Assembly (NCBI GenBank): GCA_963806535.1
Contig: CAWDYC010000005.1
Location: 338,316 to 402,315, forward strand
DNA length: 64,000 nucleotides
Origin: Candidatus Bathyarchaeota archaeon
Lineage (GTDB): Archaea > Thermoproteota > Bathyarchaeia > Bathyarchaeales > Bathycorpusculaceae
Reading direction: 5' to 3'
In this document: positions 21,024 through 31,339 of the stretch, one piece after another
Layout: every line of letters starts with the position of its first letter
Position numbering within the stretch: the first letter of the stretch is position 1
The notes under the pieces: model-generated
The model's input: only the letters and a program-made list of their open reading frames with translations
Databases searched by the model: none
Told to the model about the DNA's origin: nothing
Position numbers and translations under genes: made by a program

Positions 21024-21207
21024 TGCTGTTCACTTTTGTTAATAGTTTGGATAATGTGAGAGATGCTTAAATGCGTAGCTTAAAGCGCATCTAGAATATT
21101 CTCAGAATTCAAAGAAAAAGTACGTTTAAGAAATGCTGATGCAAAATTTCTTGAGCTAAGTCAAGGGAAAAGCTACAAGCTCAGCACTAAGCACTGATAA
21201 TTTCAGC

Positions 21208-21761
21208 TTAGGACTTGTAGAGTTTAGGATCAAGCAATGCAAAGTTATTGCCGCCTGCATGGTAGAGCATCCTTGCCTTTTTTAAGTCGTAACTTTCTGT
21301 AAAGACACCCATGTCAGCGTACGCTTCAATTATTTTTCCTACGAAAATCGTGTGGTCGCCCGTTGTAAATTTGCTCATCTACTTCGCATTCCAAGGTGGG
21401 CTATGCATTCGCGGATCGCTGGTGCTTTGACTTTTTTCGCTGTCATCGGTGTTAGGTTTGTTTTTTTGAATTTATCAAAGCTTCTACCAGTTAAGGAGCC
21501 ACATGCATAGACTGCTTGCAGTATCTCAAGTGTAGGAATGTTAACAATGAATTCGCCTGATTCCTCAATTAAGGCGTGGGAGTGGCGAGTGGGTGCGAGG
21601 CTGATGGCTAAAAGCGGCGGATTAATAGATGTTGGCATTGCCCAAGCGAGGGTTGTTATGTTGGGTTTTCCTGCTTTTCCAACACATGAAACCAATACTG
21701 TGTGCATCGGGTGAAGAAGTCTGTATGCTGAAGAGATTGTGACGTTTGTTTTTATGGACAT
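21208..21761 (-). CDS. Flavin reductase family protein (frameshifted)
   Basis: PPLLAISL, GEFIVNIP, then GDHTIFVG in a shifted frame. Confidence 0.88.
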
Positions 21762-22321
21762 TTTTGTTTTCGCCTTTATATGTTGATTGCAGTGTTCTCG
21801 GACTTATTTTTCTTTTGCTTGATTACATATTAAATCGTAAGATTTAGATATTTAATTAAAATTCGATGAACTCACTTTACTCGATTGCTATTTTAGTATA
21901 ATTCTTAGGCTGTTTCATCGGATTGTTTTGTGTTTGATTTACTATAATAGCGATATACACGCATATTAGCAATTGTTATGTCTTAATAGATAATACTGAG
22001 CTGAATGAAGATGATAGATATGTCGAGCAATCCGGAAGTATTCGAAAATGAAGAAGCAACCAAATTGTTAGATTATTTTGTTGCTTACAAGAAACTAATG
22101 AGTACCATTGAACAAATCAAATGCATAGCTGCAGTAAACAATAGAATACACTTCTCTGAAAACTAATCGACAGACAAAAATAAGTTAAATCAAATAAACA
22201 ATAACCCGTCGGCAACAGCCCTGACAATAACGCTTGACAAGTAGATATTTGAAGATACTCGATCGGATTGATCCTTCTTGAGATAGCAGCTAAGAACCCA
22301 AAAAACAAGAGAAATAATATT

Positions 22322-23429
22322 TTAGCGTTTTATGTGAAACTGTTCGATTACGTCTTTGGCTTTTTCTCGGCGTTCTTGATGTTCTTTAAGGAACTTGTTG
22401 AGTTTTTCGGCTATGTCTTTTTTGCATTCGCCGCATAACATTTCGCCGCCTCGGCATTTGCGTTCGCGCTCAGCAAGTTTGGTGCTGTCTTCTTCGAAAA
22501 GGTAGAAGTAGTATTGGAAGATGCTGCATACTGTTGGGTCAGCGCCAGTTTTTCGTTGTTCGGCTGCTGTGCCTTTACCGCCAGTGAATGCATTCCAAAT
22601 CTTCTTTTTTACAACGTCTGGCGGGTCTATGGTGAATATGCTGGTTTCTGGCATAGATGGCGCTCATTTTTCCGCCTGCTCCTAAGCCGGGCAGGAAGCG
22701 ACAGTGAATTTGTGCAGGCTTATAGTAGCCGAGTTTTTGAGCTATGTCCCGTGTTACTCGCCAGTATGGGTCTTGGTCGATGGCAGCTGGTATGAGTGCC
22801 GGGACGTTTTCGCCTGTCAGTTTTTTGTGAATGAAACATGGTGCAGCTTGGATGGCTGGCCAGAATATCCAGCCGATGTTAGTGCTGTCTTGGAAGCCGA
22901 AACTGCTTCGTGCAGTGCTGTAAGTTATGCGTTTAGCCACTTCCAATGTTATGTCGTAGAGCAGGTCTATGTCTTGTGTGTCGTAAATAATGAAAGTGTT
23001 TTCTGGTTTGAATCCGAGTGCAATGAGGTCTAGGGCGTTTTCGTAGCAGTATTTGCTTGTTTTTTTGAGGTTGGCGTCGTCGCTAATTAAGTATTTTTCG
23101 TCGTCAGTTATTTGGAAGTACAGTCGAGTGTTGAATTTTTGTTGAATATGAAGTGTAAAAATCCAGGGAACAAGATGCCCAATATGGACGGGTCCGGAAG
23201 GTCCTCTGCCGGTGTAGAGAACAAATTTTATGCCTTTATCATAAAGATCAAGAACGGTGTCTAGGTCTCGGTGGCTGAAGAAAATTTGTCTTTCAAGTTG
23301 GAGATGAAGTTTGTCTGTGTGTTTTTCGACTCTTTCAAGCAGTTGGGGGGTTAATGGTTGGGTGCCGAATTCGCGTATTAGGCGTTCGTAGTCTACTTTG
23401 CCTTTTACTTCCCAAGGTGTAACTACCAT
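22322..23429 (-). CDS. trpS: Tryptophan--tRNA ligase, archaeal type (frameshift near 22655)
   Basis: VTPWEV, YTGRGPSGPVHIGH, AIDQDPYWR, GGKMSA, AFTGG. Confidence 0.96.
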
Positions 23430-23632
23430 TTCATTGTTGTTTTCTTCGCCAGATGAAGCCGTTTTGTATCACCAATGCCTTTTAACAAGAGATGTTAATG
23501 ACTTGTCATATATCTTTTTTCGAAACAGATATAATCTTTTGATTTTCTATTTTTTTAAGCAAGAGAATTGTGTTAAGTAATCTGCAAAGTATGCAATAGA
23601 TTTTTAATGTTCATTTTTTTACTTTATTCGCG

Positions 23633-24667
23633 GTGTATAATACGGCTGAAGACATTTGGGTTCCAATGGACGGAGACACTTTTGTAACCAAGGATGGGTT
23701 CATTCTCAACACTTTTGGATATGAGCATCCAGACGACCGAGTTTTTGCATTCCTAAAGTATATCCCAGCGAAATTCAAAGAACTATTTAACGTAGAAATG
23801 CTTGAGCGAACATGGAAGTTTGGCAATAACCAACTTTTCAGAGCAGAGAAACTCTATACAGCTAAGAATTATCAGACTTTCATTGAAGCATTCCGCAAAA
23901 ACTTTCCCGACTACCTGTACTTCTGCCCTTTCCGTAACAAGGAGTTAATCACGGCGCCCCTTGATCGAATAGAACAGGTGTTTGTTCCTAAAGACCGCTT
24001 GGTTTGGCTGCAGAACCTACCGAAGCGTGACAAACTTCAACAGATGTCACTTGACCTAATCGATTTAATGTCAAAAGAGTCAGGTGTACCTTTGTGTGAC
24101 TTGGGCATGCACGGTTCAATCGCCTTAAATATGCATGCGCCTGAATCTGACATTGACTTTGTTGTTTACGGCACTGAAAACTTCAGGATGGTGGAAGATG
24201 CAATTGCCCGGCTTGTTAACGCTGGAAAATTAACTTACATTGTGAGCAACCGTATAGAAGCCGCAAGAAAATTCCAGGGAAGATATCTTGGCAAAATCTT
24301 CATGTATAACGCAACTAAAAACTGCTCGGAAATCAAGGAGAAGTACGGCGCGTACCGCTACATTCCACTTGACCACGTAAGGTTTCAAGCAACTGTCAGC
24401 GACGATTCAGAAACAATGTATCGGCCCTCAACATACAAAATCACCGGTTACAAACCCCAAGATGACCAATCAGAACTTGACTTAGACAAAATCCCCGTTC
24501 AAGTTGTCTCAAACATAGGTCTCTACCGAAACGTTGCTCGCTGTGGCAAAGAAATCAAAGTCGCTGGCAAACTTGAACGTGTAGAATCCACCAGTTCCAG
24601 CGAAGTATTCTATCAAGTGGTCGTTGGAACAGCAACCTCCGAGGAAGAATATATTTGGCCAACATAA
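23633..24667 (+). CDS. Pol-beta superfamily nucleotidyltransferase (COG1665-like), paralog 1
   Basis: GMHGS...[10 protein letters not shown]; DGDTFVT..GYEHP N-terminal motif. Confidence 0.8.
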   Translation: MYNTAEDIWVPMDGDTFVTKDGFILNTFGYEHPDDRVFAFLKYIPAKFKELFNVEMLERTWKFGNNQLFRAEKLYTAKNYQTFIEAFRKNFPDYLYFCPFRNKELITAPLDRIEQVFVPKDRLVWLQNLPKRDKLQQMSLDLIDLMSKESGVPLCDLGMHGSIALNMHAPESDIDFVVYGTENFRMVEDAIARLVNAGKLTYIVSNRIEAARKFQGRYLGKIFMYNATKNCSEIKEKYGAYRYIPLDHVRFQATVSDDSETMYRPSTYKITGYKPQDDQSELDLDKIPVQVVSNIGLYRNVARCGKEIKVAGKLERVESTSSSEVFYQVVVGTATSEEEYIWPT

Positions 24668-25725
24668 AACTTCGAGACCGAGACGCCATAGAAACCGCCG
24701 AAGGCTTAATTTTCCGTGTCTTTGGCTACTCTCATCCGCCAAGCGCTTACATCTGTGACGCTGAATATGCTTCATCAAAAATCTTTCAGTCAACAGATCC
24801 AAGGGCTCCTAGAACAGGCAAAAAAGAACTTTACTATAAGTTTTACAATGATGAGGGCATGAAGTTAGTTGCAAAGAAATATCCAAAATATCTTGTTTTT
24901 CATGAAATGCTTGGTCTAAGTATTGTGGGCGTGAAAGATAGCGACATAGTTGAGGCTAGAAAGCCTGATGAGCGATTAGCTGTTTTGCTTGAGGTTGGAC
25001 CAACAGACGAACTGCTATCGGCGATGGAACGTGTCTTAATGATTGCGCTAAATAATTCAGGCTTAAAAACCGAGGATTTTGGTGTCTTCGGTTCGATGCT
25101 GCATGGTTTTCATCATCCAAAATTCTCAGACATTGACTTTGTTGTTTATGACAAAAAAGAAAATGCTAAGTTGCGAAAAACGCTTGAAGATCTGTATGCT
25201 GACAAGGCGTCTGGTTTGCATAATGAGTTTGAATCAGACTCTGTGATGGCGGGCAAGGATTGGCGGTTCAAAAACTTTAGTGTTCCAGACTTCATTTGGC
25301 ATCAACGTCGAAAACAAATCTACGGTTTATACGATGATGCAGCTTCTGGCCGAACCATAAAAGCAGAGTTTGAACCCGTTAAAGCTTGGAGCGAAATAAA
25401 ATCAGAATACGACCCGCGGACATGCATAACTCGGCGAGGGTGGGTTAAACTTAAAGCTCGTGTAACAGCTGACGATGAGGCGCCCTTCATTCCATCAATC
25501 TACGACATAGAGCCTCTGGAAGTTATCAGCGGCCCAAAAGAAGCCCTAGATGCTAAACGTGTTTTCTCTTTTATGGAGGAGTTCCGTCAGCAAGCACAAA
25601 AAGATGAAGTTGTGATGGTGGAGGGCAACCTTGAAGAGGTCATGTCTCCAACTGAACAGTTCCATCAAGTCACGTTGACTTATTGCCCACGATACTATGA
25701 GCAGGTCCTAAAAGTGCTGCATTAA
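24655..25725 (+). CDS. Nucleotidyltransferase (COG1665-like), paralog 2
   Basis: GVFGS...[10 protein letters not shown]; DRDAIET..GYSHP. Confidence 0.8.
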   Translation: MANIKLRDRDAIETAEGLIFRVFGYSHPPSAYICDAEYASSKIFQSTDPRAPRTGKKELYYKFYNDEGMKLVAKKYPKYLVFHEMLGLSIVGVKDSDIVEARKPDERLAVLLEVGPTDELLSAMERVLMIALNNSGLKTEDFGVFGSMLHGFHHPKFSDIDFVVYDKKENAKLRKTLEDLYADKASGLHNEFESDSVMAGKDWRFKNFSVPDFIWHQRRKQIYGLYDDAASGRTIKAEFEPVKAWSEIKSEYDPRTCITRRGWVKLKARVTADDEAPFIPSIYDIEPLEVISGPKEALDAKRVFSFMEEFRQQAQKDEVVMVEGNLEEVMSPTEQFHQVTLTYCPRYYEQVLKVLH

Positions 25726-26768
25726 CTGTGCTGCAGAACCATGTAGTCTGACGGTTTGTTTCCAAGAATCAAACGGTAATGCTCGCTGCCTGTTTTCTTG
25801 TTAGTTACCTGCTCGACTTTTCCTTGTGCCTCAACTGCTTCGCCGTTATTGGCTTGTTCACAGAATCTGCCGCGGAACGAAACAATCTCCTGTATTGGCT
25901 TCAACTTGGGTCCCTCAACAACTTGGGCATCTTTTAGCTTGTAGGTGCAGGGTGTGAAAAGAGAATCTGTGCTGTCCAGGATTTTGCCTACTATTTTTGC
26001 GTAACCACTGTTTTTGAAGCACACATCACCATACTGCTCACTTATTTCATTCCAATCTTTCACGAATCTTACGAAGTAGTCGGTGCCCATGAATTTGCCT
26101 TGAAATGCTTTGCGGCTTTCGAGTAAAACGAAGTCTTCGAAGCTCATCTGAGTGTCCTTCGAACGGAAATCGAATAGTTCCTGCAATTCAGTTTGACTGT
26201 AGGGTTTGAAGCCTGATGTTGGTTCTGTCTGAAGTTTTTGTAGGGCATCGTAGGCTTTTCGGCAGTTTTCTTCACCGTATATTAGTGGGTCTATGTCTGA
26301 TTTTTCAGTTGTTAACCCAGCCATAATCGAACCAGAAATGCCTATGCTGCTCCACGGAATATTTGCTTCGGCTTTGAGCGTTTGAGCCAACTGCAACGCC
26401 TTAGCCTCCAGTATTGTCAGATCCTTTGCTGAACGTAAAGACCAAAGTTTCTCCTCTGGTTTGTAATGCAGGTCAATTTGATTAATTGGCACCTCACACA
26501 TTGTTTCTCCAAAGACTGGGTCAAAAACTATGAGGTCAGGCTGATTTTCCTGCAGATACTTGAATCTGTCGCTTAGGCTGTAGACTTTGCCATATGCAGT
26601 GTCTTTGCTTAGTCTGGTTCCTGTCGGAGTAGGTATGAAACGTGGAAATGCAACAATTTTCTCTGGTGGATGAACTAAGCCTTTAACGTCAAAAACCACG
26701 TTACTTTTCGTTTTTATCAAGTCGCCTTCACGTGCCTTCACAGATGCCTCTCCTTTGGGTTTAGTCAA
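25722..26768 (-). CDS. Nucleotidyltransferase (COG1665-like), paralog 3
   Basis: GISGS...KSDIDPLIYG; EGDLIKT..GLVHP; SFRGRFCEQA. Confidence 0.8.
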   Translation of the reverse strand: MTKPKGEASVKAREGDLIKTKSNVVFDVKGLVHPPEKIVAFPRFIPTPTGTRLSKDTAYGKVYSLSDRFKYLQENQPDLIVFDPVFGETMCEVPINQIDLHYKPEEKLWSLRSAKDLTILEAKALQLAQTLKAEANIPWSSIGISGSIMAGLTTEKSDIDPLIYGEENCRKAYDALQKLQTEPTSGFKPYSQTELQELFDFRSKDTQMSFEDFVLLESRKAFQGKFMGTDYFVRFVKDWNEISEQYGDVCFKNSGYAKIVGKILDSTDSLFTPCTYKLKDAQVVEGPKLKPIQEIVSFRGRFCEQANNGEAVEAQGKVEQVTNKKTGSEHYRLILGNKPSDYMVLQHS

Positions 26769-26827
26769 CGATTACTCAGGCAAGATTAAAAGCGTTTAGT
26801 TCAAGAAGATCTTTGTCCTTTGTGGAC

Positions 26828-27202
26828 CTGGTTATTGACTGTTTTTTTTGGGTGGGTTTGTTGTTTGTGTTTTGGGTTGCTTTTTTGATTATGAGCTTGT
26901 TTTGTTTGCAGGTTGCGTCTTTAAATGTAGGAAAATGTAGGGATCTGTGAGAATCTGTAAAAAAATGTAAGAAAATGTAAGAAAAAGGAAGAAATAAGTT
27001 GGCGTAAACTTTCAAGAAGTGACGCTTAGGCGTCTCTACTGCATTTTCTTACGCAAATTTGTTCTTTGTGTTTCAGTTTGTATTCTTGGTTTAGGGTTTG
27101 GGTTAGTTGCAGGACGCGTCACTATAAGTCACTATAAGTCATAGGAAGTCACCAAAAGTCACTACGCGTCATAAAAAGTCACAGAAAGTCACAAAAAGAC
27201 CC
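26828..27202 (+). repeat. Handle+decamer element, copy B (two units, longer arrays)
   Basis: Arrays of TGTA-type decamers (about 26921-26990) and GTC-type decamers (27111-27200). Confidence 0.9.
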
Positions 27203-27248
27203 TCCCCAGCTCTTAAGTCTTGAAAATCTTCACTGTGCCTTACAAGAA

Positions 27249-27440
27249 TTATTTTGAATCTCGGTCAGATTCGCCCCAATACAAATCCTGCAGCTCAACA
27301 GTGCTAAGCTGCTTATCTGCGTCCACTTTAAGTTCCGTTCCGCAGTTAGGGCACTGAATGGTTTCGCCAGGCTGAGCATACAGCAAAAAATCTGGTTTAT
27401 TAGAAAAATCAAACCCACACTCAGGACACTTCTCACCCAT
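27249..27440 (-). CDS. LysW/ArgW-like zinc-ribbon protein with atypical C-terminus
   Basis: CPECG...GETIQCPNCGTELKV...QDLYWGE followed by SDRDSK. Confidence 0.65.
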   Translation of the reverse strand: MGEKCPECGFDFSNKPDFLLYAQPGETIQCPNCGTELKVDADKQLSTVELQDLYWGESDRDSK

Positions 27441-27540
27441 GCACTACCCCTCGAAATCCAATTAAGACCACATATGCAACAAACACAAATCACTTTAATT
27501 CAATAAATAATTTTGCCCATCATCGGTGAGACACGAGTTT

Positions 27541-27733
27541 TGTTTTTTATGCAATTTGTCCTTTGCGTTTTGGACTGCTTTTTTGGTTCAGGGTTTGATG
27601 CGTTTGCAGGTTGAGTCTTTATCTGCAAGAAAACGCAAATAAACGCAAGAATCTGCAAAAAATGATAAGGAGGTGGTCTATTGTGTCCCGAAGGTTATTG
27701 ACGGTTTTTCTGCAGGTTTGTTCTTTGTGTTTT
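27541..27733 (+). repeat. Handle+decamer element, copy C (diverged, GCA-type decamers) plus the start of a second handle
   Basis: TTTGCAGGTTGAGTC, then ATCTGCAAGA AAACGCAAAT AAACGCAAGA ATCTGCAAAA, then GGTTATTGAC...TTTGTTCTTTGTGTTTT. Confidence 0.75.
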
Positions 27734-27781
27734 AAGCTAAGTTTGAAAAGTCATGATTTGAAATCCAAAAACCAAGTGTTT

Positions 27782-27990
27782 TTACCGTTTGTTTTTTTTT
27801 GAAGTAATAAAGAAAGCTGAAGCAAACATTACAGTAAGCAAAAGTGGGATGCTCCATGACGGAAACTCTGGAACGGTAAGTGCGGCTGTGGCGGTTGGGG
27901 TTTGAGTTGGCGTAGAGTTGAAGTTTGTATCGGAATAGAGATAGGTATTGCAAAAGGTGTAGATGCAATGGTTGCACTTATGATGGATGA
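27782..27990 (-). pseudogene. C-terminal relic of a PEF-CTERM-type surface protein
   Basis: P/T-rich linker, VPEFPS, hydrophobic helix, KKNKR*; no upstream gene body. Confidence 0.6.
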
Positions 27991-28112
27991 GATAAGACGC
28001 ATTATTGTTACAGAATAAGACAACAATTTCTTGTATAGACAGTTGTTTAGAAAGAGTTGGAATAAGCTTATTAATAATGTACGTCCTCAAGGAGCTTGGG
28101 GCAAGTAACCTA

Positions 28113-28325
28113 TTGGATAGGAAAGAAGCAGTCGCTTTAGTGAAGGAGCTAGGCTGCGAGGAGTTAGTTCAACCAAGTTTTGTTATTATTGAACTCAGAA
28201 CCCCTGATAATTATCAAGTGAAAATTAAAGGCGAATGCGACTTTAAACAAATTGAAGTTTTTTTAAAGAGTAAAGGGTTCTCATATGAAGAGAAAAAAAA
28301 TTACTTGGTTATTTTCAAGCCATAG
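28113..28325 (+). CDS. Small hypothetical protein, paralog 1
   Basis: Aligns end to end with 28436..28651 (EAVA..KEL, QPS.V.IE.R.PD.YQ, IFKP*). Confidence 0.75.
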   Translation: MDRKEAVALVKELGCEELVQPSFVIIELRTPDNYQVKIKGECDFKQIEVFLKSKGFSYEEKKNYLVIFKP

Positions 28326-28435
28326 TTGCAGTTTTAAGATTTAATCATCAATGAAAACGTAGCTTAGTTATTTTAGAGTATATAGCAAAGTTTTATTAAT
28401 CTTGTACGTTCACGTGTGGTTTAGAGGGGACAGAC

Positions 28436-28651
28436 ATGAAACGTGCTGAAGCGGTAGCAGTACTCAAAGAATTAAGTACAGAGCTTCTAATTCAGCCATC
28501 TTGGGTTCTTATCGAACAGAGAAAACCCGACAGTTACCAGCTATGTGTTAAAGGCGATTTTGATCTTCCACAATTAGAGGATCTTCTAAAAAAATACACT
28601 TTGTCATTTGAAGAAGACACTAAAGGATTTCTCTGCATTTTCAAACCATAG
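28436..28651 (+). CDS. Small hypothetical protein, paralog 2
   Basis: Full-length similarity to 28113..28325. Confidence 0.75.
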   Translation: MKRAEAVAVLKELSTELLIQPSWVLIEQRKPDSYQLCVKGDFDLPQLEDLLKKYTLSFEEDTKGFLCIFKP

Positions 28652-28669
28652 AAGAAAAAAGGTAACACG

Positions 28670-28795
28670 TTATTTCGTAACTTTGAAATGGCAATTACAC
28701 TTTTTGCATGTAAAAGCAGCAACATGAAACAAACTGTTTTCTAGTGACTTATCAGGTTTAGAAACTTCTTTTCCGCAATTAGGACACTTAACCAA
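28670..28795 (-). CDS. 41-aa zinc-ribbon protein, possibly Cren7-related
   Basis: MVKCPNCGKEVSKPDKS...FTCKKCNCHFKVTK; same-length paralog at 36479..36604. Confidence 0.7.
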   Translation of the reverse strand: MVKCPNCGKEVSKPDKSLENSLFHVAAFTCKKCNCHFKVTK

Positions 28796-29371
28796 ATAGA
28801 ACCTGCCCTGTAATTTAATACCATAGGTTTCATATGAAAAATAATAATAAGGATTTGTGGTAACAGAAAGCAACAACAAAGAATTCTATTTGAGTTAAGC
28901 TTATTGGCCCTCGGTCTAATTGCGTTTGTGATATTCTAAACCAACTTACGATCGGCTTGTTTGCGCTTTCTAAACACATTAACAACCACAAATGAAAGCA
29001 TAGTAAAACAATGGTAAGATTGCTGAAGGTGGAAACTCTAGAATGGTCGTCATGGCACTTGGTGAAGCAGAGCTTAGTCATATAACGGTTAAGCCAAGTT
29101 TTGCCCAGTCAGTCAAGAAGTAATGTGAAATTTTTGCTGAAACGAACCATGCCAACACTTGGGAGCCTTTTTTGTTATAAGGTTCTATAAAAGTTTCTTG
29201 ACTTGTTTTGGTCAAGTTTTCTTAACTGATCAAATCGCTTTCTGCAGTTTGGATTCAGCTAAATTTATTTAACTGACCAAGAGAACGTAAACAAATAGCA
29301 GGCCTAAATATTTTTTTGATCTAACTTTATTACTCTCTTTTTAATTTTAAATAAAGCGAGGCACAAGTTTT

Positions 29372-30080
29372 ATGCCCGAAAATTCTACTGCAAACAAAGA
29401 AAGTAGCATAAAAGTAACAAAAAATGGACCCTACATTGTTTCTGGCAAACCCCCCTTGATGAACATGACAATAGAATGCGATAACGAGGGAACCACCCCA
29501 TCCAAATGGGGCATCGGAGAAAAAATGAAAACATCCGAAATCTACGCGCTATGCCGATGCGGCCAATCTAATAATAAGCCATTCTGCGACGGCTCACATA
29601 TAAAAGCAAATTTTGACGGAACAGAAGTTAGCGATAATGAGCCTTTCGAGCAAATGGCTAAAGAAATTGACGGTCCAGAATTGAAACTGAAAGATGCTGA
29701 GATACTTTGTGCTTCTGCCCGTTTCTGCCACAGAGGCGGCGATATCTGGGAAGTAATTCACCGCACAGATGAGCCTGGAGCCAAACAAAACGTGATTGAA
29801 AACGCATGTGATTGTCCTTCAGGCAGACTTGTGGTGGTGGATAAGAAAACTGGCAAGACAATTGAGCCCAGCGTTAGAAAAGTCAATTGGCGCAGTTCAC
29901 GATCCAAGCAAAGGAGTTGATGGGCCCTTTTGGGTTCGAGGAGGCATTCCGGTCTATTCTAGCGATGGAAAACTCTATGAAGTTCGGAACCGCGTGACTC
30001 TTTGCCGCTGTGGAAAATCCACAAACAAACCGTTTTGTGATAGCAGCCATTATCCAGAGGAAGAAGATAGGGAGAGATAA
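29372..30080 (+). CDS. CDGSH iron-sulfur domain protein, two CDGSH domains (frameshift near 29875)
   Basis: LCRCGQSNNKPFCDGSH and LCRCGKSTNKPFCDSSH. Confidence 0.9.
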
Positions 30081-30083
30081 AGA

Positions 30084-30411
30084 ATGGTTGACGAAAACCT
30101 CGAGTTAAAAGAAGGAAGCATCGAAGATATCTTACGTTCCAAAGAGAAAAGCATATGTTCTTTTTTATGCTTCATGGTGTCCGTTTTCGCAGATGTTTTT
30201 GCCAATTTTTAAAGCGTATAAAAAAGATAATCCGACTGAATGCATAAGCCTCATGATTGATGACAAACCAGAACTGTGCGACAAATACTCGATCGATTAT
30301 TATCCAACGGTTATTTTTTTCAAAAACGGAACCGTGCACAAAAGGCTTGATGCTACTCCAGGGGTAGGATTAACCAAAAAACAGTTTGTCGAGCTCACCA
30401 AAACCAATTAA
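30084..30411 (+). CDS. Thioredoxin family protein, CxxS variant (frameshift near 30150)
   Basis: VLFYASWCPFS upstream of the listed ORF; YYPTVIFFKNG. Confidence 0.8.
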
Positions 30412-30489
30412 GATCTTTTATCTGGGTGTTATTGTTCTCTTTCAATAACAAGTTAAAATCTAGGTGTTTACAACCAGGAGTTAGATTTT

Positions 30490-31092
30490 TTATATTAAAG
30501 ATTGATTCATCGCGGAATTATAGTACGCTTTGTTTATCTCAACAAAAATTAATGGTCCGGTAGTTTTCGCGATTTCATGTGCCCTACGAATGACATTATT
30601 CAAAAAAGCGAATGCTTGAGACCTATCTTTGAGGTTCAAGTCTTGTTTGGCTAACTCTATTTTTATTGCGTATTCAGCTAACAATTCTGTACTGCAGATT
30701 TCACCATCTTTAATAAAAGTAAAACCAACAATATTGATTAACTCTTCTTTGTACTCCAAAGTCTTCCATAATGGTTCTGCTTTAGCAAGAGTTTTATGAA
30801 TTTCATCGCTATCATGCTTTTTTCCAATTAGCAACTTAACACGCTCTTGCCACTTCTTCATCCACATAGAAGTCCAAACAGTCAAAAACGCATCGAGCTC
30901 CACCTTCTTTTCTTTGGAAAATTTATCAAATTTTTCTTCAAAACCCGTTTTAGACGTTGATGTATCATTAAATTTCATGTAGTTGACGAAGTCTTTGCAA
31001 ACAAGTTGCAGCATTTTTCTATCTGATCCCCGAGAATCTATTGACGGATCTATTTTTTTGATTTTTTCCACGATTAGTGCTTCAATCTGCAT
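30490..31092 (-). CDS. Hypothetical protein
   Basis: About 200-aa ORF; start placed at MQIEAL after a GGAG motif. Confidence 0.65.
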   Translation of the reverse strand: MQIEALIVEKIKKIDPSIDSRGSDRKMLQLVCKDFVNYMKFNDTSTSKTGFEEKFDKFSKEKKVELDAFLTVWTSMWMKKWQERVKLLIGKKHDSDEIHKTLAKAEPLWKTLEYKEELINIVGFTFIKDGEICSTELLAEYAIKIELAKQDLNLKDRSQAFAFLNNVIRRAHEIAKTTGPLIFVEINKAYYNSAMNQSLI

Positions 31093-31339
31093 TTTTATTC
31101 TCCTTTCTTTCTTGAACCGAAGTAACAAGAACAATTATTCCCTATCAATCGCCATATAACTGCCTTAGGCTTGTTTTTGCAATATTGCTGTTTTTGACAT
31201 ATTATAGGGCGAAAACTGGTTTTTGGTTTTCGAGCGGCACTATCAATTGTTGGCTTTTTCCATTGATTTTGAGTAAGTGTTACAAGTTAAGTCCTCAAAT
31301 TCACAAGCCATATAGCCATTCTAATCAGCCATACTGAGC

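Noticed and set aside
22322-23429. Pseudogenisation or programmed frameshifting in trpS and many other split genes
   Set aside because: Single-base indels are scattered through the whole window, including an essential synthetase, which fits long-read consensus error.
26776-27015. ORFs overlapping the repeat element (also 15685..15885 and 27611..27802)
   Set aside because: Low-complexity translations; copies differ by 10-bp units that break the reading frame.
26828-27202. CRISPR array
   Set aside because: Units are contiguous 10-mers without unique spacers, and there are no cas genes in the window.
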